Position numbers and translations under genes: made by a program
The notes under the pieces: generated by a model
Databases searched by the model: none
What the model saw: only the letters and a program-made list of their open reading frames with translations
What the model was told of the DNA's origin: nothing
In this document: piece by piece, positions 28,801 to 40,800 of the stretch
How positions within the stretch are numbered: the first letter of the stretch is position 1
How the letters are laid out: each line of letters opens with the position of its first letter
From: Phoronis australis
Taxonomy: Eukaryota; Animalia; Phoronida
Length of the DNA stretch: 64,000 nucleotides
Direction of reading: 5' to 3'
Assembly (NCBI GenBank): GCA_002633005.1
Contig: NMRA01000646.1
Location: forward strand, 124,001-188,000

Positions 28801-31800
28801 GATTCAGAGACTGAGTCTGGACAAAACTGTTAGAGGCAGGACTTGAACTTACAGTCTGTTGACTAATTGAATACAAACAATGGGGATATGGAACTATTTC
28901 TTTACTGATTATCTGTGCTGGAAATTTACCTAATATGCAAAAGCCATCTTTTTCAAGAAGGAATTATTTTCACTTTGAATTCAAAAGTATTGTGCAACAA
29001 CTTGATTAAGAAGTATTGATTTACGCTGAGTTCAGTAACTTTTTGTATGGAATGGCTGCTTGTAAAGTTACATGCCTTTTGGGTAGTCAGTTGAAGTACG
29101 ACATTACATGACATTTTGTACCATGCTTTAAATTGGTTTTACGAATATGTCCTTCGTGTATATCTCCCTAATTTTACTTAAAAGTTGATTTCCCAAATTG
29201 TATTTAACAGCAGTAATTAAGTTAAAGGGAAAGTTTGTTGGGGATTCTGTTTGCGAACTTTTGATTACCCTGTCCTTTTTCTTAGAAGCCTGCATCTATA
29301 AGGATCAGTCGTATAGAGAGGGCCAGGAATGGTATGATGGCTGCAAGTACAAGTGTAGATGTGAAGACGGCTCGACAGGCTACTATAGATGTGATTCTAG
29401 GTAGGTAGGCAGATTGGGACTTTGTATGTGAACGATATGTGAAGGGGCGCACAGGGAACATTAGACCCTGGCATGTCTTTTTTGGCTTTTTAACTTCACT
29501 TAATGTGTGAAAGTGAATTGGAATAATATTATTGATTCTAAAGCTGGAAAAACTGCAATCGAGAAAAAGTACAATGCGAGTTTTGATACGATTGTCAATG
29601 GTCAGAGCTCTTCACTCTACTAGATGTGAATTCAGTGAAACTTGGGAGAGTGATGACTCTCATTTGTGAAATTCGAAATTAATTGTGTAATCAGCAAACT
29701 AACCTTGCTTGACTCCTGTGGTGTAAGATTGTCTGCATTCAAAAATCACAACTTTATGCCTGTTATGAAATTCTTGTATTGTCTGGTTTCTGATCTGGGA
29801 ATGTCATGCAGTCTGTACTAACTGTGAGCAGTCCAAGTCTTCATTAATATGGAATTTAAAGGGATAGTAAACCCTGTTTTGGTGATTTCAATCAATCCTC
29901 GTCACCTGCTAATGCAACCTTAGCATCCCAGTTACATGGTAGAATGAGGCCTCTGCTGAAACCTCACACTCTCTGTGTCACATATTAATGTTATTTTTGG
30001 TTGATCTTTTCTTACAGTTGTATAACTCACCTAAAGCATAAGTCACGCTTGCCGGTTTAACTGACTCTGAAAGGAGTTTTCATTTTTCTTCCAAACTTTT
30101 GAGGGTTGTCACGGTTACAGTGTATTATTTTGCTTCAGAGAACAGGATGAGAAGGTCGGTTTTAACATGCGTTAATAATCCAAAACCGAGTTTAGTATCC
30201 TTGTAAAAGTCTTTACTTTAATTTCATTGATCATTTGAGAATTGTCTCCCCTCAGGTGCCCCGAGTACACCAACATTCCACCCCAGTGTAAGATGGTGGC
30301 TGACCCCAGTGACCCGTCATGTTGTATGAAGCCTCACTGTGACTTCAAACCCACTACTGGCACAATCACTGGCACTGGCTCCGTGATACCAGTCATCCCT
30401 GGCACCATCACGGGCACGGGCAACAACAACAAGCCAACACCAACACCAGGAACTGTGGTCAACCCTGTGCTCAGTAAGTGGTATTGTTGTACACAGAGCA
30501 GATAGACCTCATGCAAACTAGAAACAGGGATTTTTATTGCCCCCTTCAGTTGATGCCTCTGTGTATTGCAGTTTGAAACCTTAATGTAAATGATATTTGC
30601 AAAGTTACCTGTTGGAGTCATGAAGTTTATTGAGACCACTTGGCTTTTGGTTTCATCTCCAGGCCTTCATCGAGTGAAATGGCAGGTAATTGGAGCTTGG
30701 CCCATCTCTGTTACGTCCTTATTGACATGTGTCATGCGATATGACGTCTCTTGAAGGAATGCTATGCTTTGCCCATTGTGATCAAGACTCCCGTCATCCT
30801 GTTTTGCTGAAAAACAGTGAACACACATGTGAAGCAAAGTGTACATAGTATGGCGTCCCTTCTATGCTCTCGCCTAACTGCTTGTCGTGCATATTTCTCA
30901 CACAGACTATTGCCTGTACAAGGGAACCAAACACTTCCAATATGAGACATGGAGAGATGGCTGCGATTACAACTGTGAGTGCGTGGATGCGTCAGAGGGC
31001 AGATACAAGTGTACGCAGAGGTAATGGTTGAGTGAGGTCAATTGTAAGTGAGGTACTATGAAAGTGTCACCGCTTATAATGCAAGCTGTCTTTTGTTTGT
31101 GTAAGAGTCATAATTTAACCATCCTTAAAATAATATTCTATGCATTCTGGGTAGAGAGTGACTTGTCAATTGATATTGATGGACTAAATGTTATTGAGAC
31201 ATTTATGTTCAATTTTAGGATTCAAATTGGTTGTTGTACGCTATGAGGACAAACTGTTATCTTTGTATCTTCAAATTGACCCATAGTTTTCAAACCACAA
31301 CTGTTACAGTCTTTTCTAAAGCTAAGTTCGCTTTAACCCTGATTGTGCTTGTTGAAGTTTTATTTTCTCTCAGTGTTTGGAAATATGTATACCTCTGGTA
31401 GATGTGTCATTTTGGGGAGTTGGTTGTATGGTTGTACCGATCCTGTTACAAATGTTCTGTAAAACACCAGAACAGTTTTTTAACGCTTTTTTAACTTTTA
31501 GTGACTAACATTCTTTACAGGTGTTCTGTGTACAGCGACCTTCCACCGCAGTGCAAACTTGTGCAGGATCCAAAGGACAGTTGTTGCCAGATACCCAAAT
31601 GTGACTTCAAGCCAACCACTGGGTCCATAACTGGCACCGGCAAACCGGGAACAAATGTTACACCCACACCTGTCGTACCAGTTAAAGGTATTTCTGCCAC
31701 TTGCACAAATGCATATACAAACACACACATACTGTTATTGAACTTAATTGTTGTATTATGTGCAGTACTGCATGAACAATCTTCAGTACATATCGTTCCA

Positions 31801-34800
31801 GTAGCCTGAATAAAACCTCGTCATCAAGGTTTAACTCACAGGTCAACCATCCAGTCATAGACTGATGATTAACAACAAATTCGTGATAGGTAGAAAGTTA
31901 TCAAATGAAGCTTTTGGTTTTAAAGGTACGTCAGGGAGACAAGTGAGATCAACGTTAGATTGTAATCGAACTTGCAACCCCATGGTTGCAACGAAATGTT
32001 CTGTTTGAGAAGCTAAGCCCCACTCAATAAATGATTGTGTATTTTAATAATGTTTAACTGTTAAGACAGCGGCCTTAAGTTCAGTGAATGTGTGGAAGAC
32101 AACAGACTTTTTGTTATCTAGCTCTGGTGAAAACTATTAAGTATACCATCTTAAAAGAAGCCTGAAATGTCTTTTTCAGCCGTAAAACCGAATACCTTTA
32201 AATTGAGGTGTAAACAAAATATGAATTAAAACATTTCCTCTGACACTGTTAGGTGTAATGTATATGGATCATATGGTGGATAGTATGTTTCATCATTGAT
32301 TTTGTTTTGCCTTTGCAAAATACGTTACCCGACATTAGTACTTAGAGCGAAATACAGTGCCCATAATGGTGACAATTCTTTGAATAAAGCCTTGTTCTTG
32401 TTCAACAGTGAACTACTGCGTGTACAACAATGTGCGGTACACTCAGGGTCAAGAGTGGTCTGATGGATGTAAACTTAGGTGTAAATGTGAGGATGCTTCC
32501 CGCGGCTACTTCAGGTGTAACGACAGGTAAGGAGATGGTGTATTGTACCATCACCACTACCATCCCCACTACCATCACCACTACCATCACCGCTACCATC
32601 ACCACTACCATCCCCACTACCATCACCACTACCATCCCCACTACCATCACCGCTACCATCACCGCTACCATCACCACTACCATCCCCACTACCATCACCA
32701 CTACCATCACCGCTACCATCACCGCTACCATCACCGCCACCTTCACCACTTCCACTGTGCTTCTGATAAATGTATGTTCTAATAAATGTATTTATGTCAA
32801 ATTAACGTCACTCAAATTGGAAATGTAGGAAATGCATAAAATCCAATCAAACTTACGTAACTATATAGATTAACCAATTATGAAAATAAAATTTAATTTT
32901 CGTTTGCATATTTATAGGGACAGGATTCAAATTTTTCCGTGGTGCGAATTGAGTGATATTTTACCATTTCTCTGCGTCTTTTTGATCCTGTAAAATTTTC
33001 TCGTGTTCTACAGGTGCCCCACGTACGTTAATGTACCTGCTCAGTGCACCATGGTAACGGACCCCAAGGACAAGTGTTGTCTGATCCCTGACTGCACCTT
33101 CACTGGTACTACAGGTACAATCACTGGACAGGTTACCATTCCAGGTACAGGGGAGGTGGTCACCCCACCCCCGGGCAAGATTACTGGCACTGGCACTGTC
33201 AAAGGTAAGGGAAGGAGGTGACGATGACTATCGTATCCTAGTTCTATCCCTAGTTTGGTTGACTGTTGAATGCATCACTGATAATCTGAGCCATCTCTAT
33301 CCTATTGATCCTTTGAAGGCTTGGTCCAATAGCTATCCTATCCAACTGGTGATTTGAAAAAACAAAAGTGTTCATGGATATATTTAAGCTGTGGGTCTAG
33401 TGCTAAATACTCATAACAAATACCCTCTGCTTAATTACTGTAGATTAGTGTTTGACTGCATCCAGTGAATGTTTTACAAACAAAGCTGTCTTCTCATTGG
33501 CTGAGACTTAAGAATTTTGTCATTATTCCCGAGTTCTAATTCAGTGTATCCACATATACGACCGTGCTCTCTGAGGGGCAGGGCAGTAGACACATGCTTC
33601 CAATACCTATGTTTGTCATCCACATAACAGTGTCAAACAATGACATGCAAGTTATGCAATCTTCTTCCACAGGTTCTTTTGTCTACATTAATAATGTATA
33701 CATGTGACATGCGAGTTACACTGTCTTCTTCTTCCACAGGTACTTGTGTCTACAACAATAATGTATACATGTGACATGTGAGTTACACTGTCTTCTTCTT
33801 CCACAGGTACTTGTGTCTACAACAATAATGTATACATGTGACATGAGAGTTACACTGTCTTCTTCTTCCACAGGTACTTGTGTCTACAACAATAATGTAT
33901 ACATGTGACATGTGAGTTACAATGTCTTCTCCTTCCACAGGTACTTGTGTCTACAACAATAATGTATACATGTGACATGCGAGTTACACTGTCTTCTTCT
34001 TCCACAGGTACTTGTGTCTACAACAATAATGTATACAAACAGGGTGATAAGTGGCAGGATGGCTGTTTGTACAACTGTGAGTGCGTCGATGCGTCCACTG
34101 GTTACTATGAGTGCTCGGAGAGGTACGTTGTTTTGTTGGCTCTGAATTCTATGTTATGGTTTCAAGTCTTTCAAGAAGTTTTTGTGCATTGCTAGGTTTC
34201 TTAATTTCAACATTTATAGCTAAATATGTGAACGATGTCCACCAATTTTTGATTGCGATACTTTAAAATCTCACGCAGTACGATCAACATCTTAAATTTT
34301 ATTTTCTAATTTTTTCATGTAAAGTGTATAACGCAAAATTAACACTTCATCATGTTCAAGTTTTGTATGAAATCTACCGTGAACCTAGTTCACATGTGTG
34401 TATGTTGCCTTCCAAGGTAGGCAAGCACTCTCATAGCAATTAGCTTGAACTCAAACTTGTAGGTGTGGTCGCTATCCCAACCTGCCAGCACAGTGCAAAA
34501 TGGTGCAGGATCCCGTGGACCAGTGCTGTAAGAAACCATCGTGCACCTTTTTACCCCAGACGACCATCAAGACAGGTGTGAGGCCGACGCCCTCCAAACC
34601 TACACCACCGACACCTAGTGGTGAGTGTGGAATCACTGAATGATATTGCCAATGGTGATGTTTAGCTGTGATGTGTGATGTGAAACAGTAGTTTGTAAAA
34701 AGCTGGGACTGCTGTAAGTTGCGGAATGTTTATATGTTTGTAAACTATGTACTTTCTGTATGTATAAACTGTGTTGTGTGATCTAGTGGAAGGTTTTGTA

Positions 34801-37800
34801 TATTTCATAATTTGCAAATAGTAGGGATGAGTGCCTATTTTAATTACTATACTGAAGTTAGCTTATAGTTGTATTACATTACAACTGGCAGCTGATATGT
34901 TCCTCGAATTTTGTTTTGAGAATGACAAGCAAAATGTACACAAAATTAATCTGGACCCTTCAACATGAAAAGTTATGGTATCTCATGTCAAATTCTCTCT
35001 TGCATTGTTTTCCCAACACTTTCATGACCCAACTCCAGTTATAGTACACTTCATATTTTCGTTGACAAACATTAAAACGTTTTGTGATAGTTGCAAGGGG
35101 CTAACCATTCTAGTGGTCAAGTCAACATTTTAGACTTTTACTTTGTTGAGAAATTTGACAAAATAGTATTCCACTTGTCTATTAAAGTATTCATCACTTA
35201 AAAGTTGCATTCTCCAATTTACACCCCACCACCAGATGGCGCATTACCATACCATTTGTGTTTCCAATGCAATAATCTTAATCTGGTGGGAATAATTACT
35301 GGCCCCCTACCTTCTAAGAAAGATTTATACGCTCAATTATCTAGGGTATGAAAAGGCTTGATTTGCCTCGTGGCTGGGGCGTACCTTGCTGTCATCAGAA
35401 TTCCTTTGATATCCTGAGAGAAAAATGGACGTAGCCTAGTCTTGGTGTTGCATGGTCTGTAAAGGCTTGTCCACCTGTTTGTGCTGTTACTACGTGTTTA
35501 CATACTGTGCATTTGAACTTGTAGTGTGCGAGGACAAACGACTGGATTGTAGCTTGTATGGAACGTCAATCTGCTCCAACGAGTACAAGGAGTGGGCGAA
35601 AGACAACTGTGCTGACATGTGTGGTTACTGCACTGACACGGGGAAGCCTTCAGTCACCCCACCTGTAACAACAAGTACGTGTTACCGTAGCCATACAAAT
35701 CGATCACACTATTTCCAACTGTCTCCGAGCACATGGTGGTTGTCTAAGAGTCCCACAAAACTCATTGGAACTACTTTCCCAGCTTTGATTCGAATTGATA
35801 AGACTTTGGTGATTCAAAAACTAAAAAATGTTGTTGATAAGAAATGTGGAATGGCGCTTAGCTGATTTTGAATATTCCATACGTATTTTGTTTTTATAGC
35901 ATGCCGTGGTTTAGTTAAACCAAAGTGGGCAGCAAAAAAGACGTTTACTGAATGAAAGATCAAATGGCTTGTGGTGGAGATTGATTATAATTGATAGGAC
36001 ACAGCTGTTGTCTGTGGTGCAAGTGAAGTTGTTCTAAATCTATACACAACAACTTGCTCTGCGTGTTCACACTGTGCAGCTGTGGCTGGCTGTTGTTTAG
36101 TCTATCTTCTGTTGTAGACAAGTTCTGCATCTACACCGACAACAGACAGTATAAGCAGGGTGAGACTTGGGACGATGGCTGCAAGTACAGATGTAAATGT
36201 GAAGATGCCAACATTGGCTACTATGTTTGTACAGACAGGTAGGTACCAGCCTAGGTTAGCAAACAGTAACACAGATCCTGTAAGTGTAACGGGAAACTTG
36301 AAATTCACCAGATGGAGCTGGTAAAATGATGGTAGAAATGCATCTATTCAGGTCACAAGGGAACCGTCCCTCAAGAGTTTTTCCTTGATGGTGAACAGCT
36401 TGTATTTTCAGTCTTTTCAGATGATACTGAGAGAGACCTTTCTTTATCAGCAGTATGTACTTAATATACTGTCGCACATTGTGTTGCTTTGGAAAAATGT
36501 TTTTGGCAGTATAAAAAATTATGTACTTAGTGCATTTTAGCTTTGAGTTTCTAATATTCTGTTTGTCTGGTTGTTTCCGTTTTCAATAATTGAGCATTTT
36601 AATTTTTTTACATACTTAATTCATGTAAGTCCCGTAAGTACAAACCAGTAACAGTAGGGCAAGAATGAAACCATTCACGCACTCACGACACACCTTCAGA
36701 TACACGTACAGCGTACATTGCGTGCATTTTAATTTTTAGTTGACTTCAAGGTAAATAATAAAAGATGAAATAATGTCATTGGTAGTTGTTAAGTTATACT
36801 TTTATAACCTGTGTGTGACATTAAATGACTTGTTTTTGTTCTAGATGCCGCACATACAATAACCTACCATCCTATTGCAAGTTGGTGAGGGACCCTCAGG
36901 ACTCCTGTTGCACTGTACCTGATTGTAATTTCCCCGTTGTGACTAAGAGTCCAGTCACTGGGGCCAGGACTGTGACGCCCTTAGTGGGGAACAAAGTGGG
37001 TAAGTCTGTTTTGCTCTGCTATGTAGGTTCACATTCAAGCGTGTTTCGGATCTAGCTCCCAATTACCTTTGACCATGAACTTTTGACCTTGTATCAACCA
37101 TCAAGGCAAAACTTTGTTCTGGAAGTAATATTTGACATTTAGCTTGTTAACTGGTCCAATAAATCATGGGGTGATCTCACATTTACCATGAACGCCCTGC
37201 CCCCATATTAGGGAACACCACCCCTTACCACAATCCTCCTCTTTCAGATCCTTATAACCCTTCTTTTTGAAACTGGTTTTAAAGACTATTTCTTTTAATC
37301 ATCCTCGTCCATTGTATTCTATTCATTTCATTTTATCTATTCCTGTTTTTATCATGCCATTTTGTGTTTTTGAAATTATTTTAACAATGAGCAGAGTCTG
37401 AAATGGAATAGATAATTTAAAAGTTAGTGTGGAATACTTCAAAGTTTTTAGCTTTGAAGCAATGCAGTTTTCATCACAGTAATTAGTTACTAAAATTTAT
37501 ATTATTTGGTACATGGAGACTTACTCACTTCTGAGTTCAGTATAAGGTACATAGACCATGCATATTTGAACGAACCTTGTGGAACGTCTCTTTTTTCGAT
37601 ACCCTCAGCCAATGCTTTTTCGTCATTGAAAGGTTGCTCTTGGAATCCAATATCTTGGCAACTCGGAAAATATACCCTCAGTTCTCTCGGGGTGCCAAGT
37701 CAAAGGATGGTTGTCTGCACGACTAGTGTGGTGTACATTCAATCTGTATCCTTGTAGGCTATTGTGAGTACAAAGGTAACAAGTACAATCAAGGTGCCAA

Positions 37801-40800
37801 GTGGAGAGATGGTTGTCTGTACAACTGCGAGTGTCTGGATGAAACCAATGGATACTATCAGTGCACAGATCTGTAAGTCGTATCACGGGGCTGTGGGAGC
37901 CATGGATATCTTTCCTTTACAATGACAACAAAGTCATTTCTTAAACCATTGTTTGAATTAGACCAAGTGTTTTTTGTTTTTAGTAATATATAGTACATGG
38001 AATCTATTTCAATATGTCAGGGTTGTTTTCACGTCAATCAAGATTTGTGTTGAGATGTGTTGAAAGAGATCATTCAAAATGTCCCCTAATTCCCATTGAC
38101 CTATTTGGGACAACACCTGGAGTCGCATGTGCAATGCATTGTGGGAAAACTTGATCTTGTCAGTAACTAACAAAGCGTGTACCATTTGATGCCAAGTGGA
38201 TAATTTACCCTAAATTTCTTCTCTCAGATGTGGATGCTTCGTTTTCATTTGTTTCTTAAAAAGTCAACGTGAATCTTGTGATCTCTTCATTCTGTTCAAG
38301 GTGTCCCAAATACAACAACTTGCCTGCCCAGTGTGTGCTGGAGACAGACCCCAGTAATCCATGCTGCAAGAAACCCAACTGTCAGTTTGTCACCAAGACA
38401 ACGGTCATAACCGGTCAGGTTACGCCGTCAGCTACGACCCGGTCACCCGTTGTGACATCCAAACCAGGTGATGTTTGCACTCTTGAAGAATGATTTTTAG
38501 TTCATTGAGCGGGTTTGCGTGGAAGAGCTCAGTTGATGCACTGGTTCATTTTGCTTGCAACATGTGTGTTGCAGGATTTGATTTCTGCTGTCAGCACAAG
38601 CTATACTTGACGAAAGTTGGATTTCTGAATTCTCTAGAGCTTAGCTTTTCAAAACCCATAAGGGGTAATATAACTTACAATAACCTTCTCAGCCAGCCCA
38701 TGAACCTTTTTTTTAGCTGATTTTACTTACACTGGCCTACTTGGACAGCTGTATGATTAAGAGCAGGGTTCACAAAGAACTACTTTCACAGACCTTGTGT
38801 TTCAATTTCAAAAGGTCTATTGTGTGTGAAGGGCACCCATGTTTTTACTCTGTGGGCAAAGTTTTAAGCCACTATGTGGACAAGTTGTCCCCTCCAAGCC
38901 CATAATGTGATAAGTGTTAGTAATTTTCTAACACTGGTATCTCCTGCTGTGTATGCATGCATCCGATATGTTGATATCTCTGTCGGCTTTTCAAGTATAG
39001 GAGTGTAGAGGACAATTTTCTGTATCCCCTCAAAATATGGGCGCCGTCTTGTTATTCTTTTTTTTGACAAGCATTCACATTTTGCTATCTTTCATTGATA
39101 CTGTCTTGAATGTTCTTAATTTTCATTTTAGTCTGCGTCGACAAGATAAACAGCTGCAATGTTTATGGAAAGTCTGTATGCACTGAATATAAAGAATGGG
39201 CAACCGAGAACTGCCGTGATTATTGTGGGCTCTGTGGTGATGTTGTGAAACCCACAGCTTTAGGTAAACAAACTTGTTGAGACTTTGCCCAGATGTCTAA
39301 CACATGGCACGTGTAGTAAAAGCTGTTACTCTGATATCTCCATGATAGCAAGTAGCAGCATATGTTAATAAAAACAACGGATTTAAATCGGCTTGACATG
39401 TTTCGGTGTTTATTGAAACACCATCATCAGAAGAAAATAAACAGTGGCCATCTTGCTAGGCCCAACAACAAGTAAGGATACACAGACACGTATCAAGCTG
39501 GTTTAAATCCGTCGTGGCTTTCATTTACTCCGATATCGCAATAGTCATCTGTCGGTGCAATTGCAATGTAAAGTAATGCTAAATTATGTCCACCATAAGT
39601 AGCTAGGATATATATTTGAATTTCAAATGTGGAGATTTAACCAACGATTGTCTTCAAGATTGATATCAGCACAGCAAATAGATCTGCCCAGTATTTGTAC
39701 TGTCTGTCAAAATGCTGCGTAACGGTTTTATATTCAAGGTGTTTAGTTTTCTTATTTGCTGTGTTAAGAAACTGTTCATAAGAAATCATATGTACAATAT
39801 ATTTTATGAGTGATGGAATTGTTTAAGCTATCTTGGATGACATTCAAAACGGGGCCCGTGCTGACCCTGTTTCTTTTCAGCACTAGCTTTCTTTCACTAG
39901 CTTTCTGTCACTAGCTTTGTCTCACAATCGTTGTGTGTAACTTAGTATCAGTAATGTGGCTTCACTGTTCCAGCCAAGTTCTGTGTGTACACTGACAACC
40001 GAAAGTTTGGACAAGATGAAACATGGGAAGATGGCTGCAAGTACAGATGTAAATGTGAAGATGCCGACATTGGCTACTACGTGTGTACAGACAGGTAGGG
40101 AATTATTAATGTTATCCTTATCCACATTTGTAAGTGGCAAAACTTGTCTTTTCAAGGCTCTTGAGCAAAAAATAGGATATTACTTGCCATACCCCAATAA
40201 AATGCAAAAGTTAACTAATGTATTGGAAGCAATCTTATATATATCTCTTGATAGCATATGTGTGTACCTATATCTTCATTCTTGTCTGCTCAGGTGCAAA
40301 ACATACAACAACCTTCCTTCGTTCTGTCAACTTGTGCCCGACACCGCGGACCCGTGCTGTAGGGTCCCCAAGTGCGACTTCCCCAGTTTCACTCAATCTC
40401 CGGTCACTGGCAGTGGCAGTGGCAGAGTGACGGCAAAACCTGGCACCAAGCTCAGTAAGTCAAGACATGGTCTGTAAATATTGCAACTATGTTAAACTTT
40501 AGTAAGTCAACAGGTGGTATGTAAGTATTGCAACTATAGTATACTTAGTAAGTCAACAGATGGTTTGTAAATATTGCTACCATGTTGTACTTTACATATT
40601 GAATGTGAACCTCTTAGTGATAGCAAACTTGTTCTTGTATGCCAAGAATTTTGTGTTTTATTTTCTTGGTATTTAGCTTAGCTTTTGAATGGGTAACGAC
40701 CCAAGTAGGCAGAGGATCCTCATCCCAATAAACCTATCCACTCAAACGGCTGTGCAAAGTTGCCTGGCCAATTAGGAAAGGCACTTAAAGTTGCGTGAAA

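Noticed and set aside
32402-32828. His-rich, Thr-rich and Val-rich ORFs
   Set aside because: All are translations of the 12-bp minisatellite lying after a strong donor (32526|gtaagg); inclusion would split the VWC-like module
39445-39500. Alternative type III fold of the hammerhead using the upstream GUC on the minus strand
   Set aside because: Stem III can pair but stem I cannot; better explained as an inverted degenerate copy
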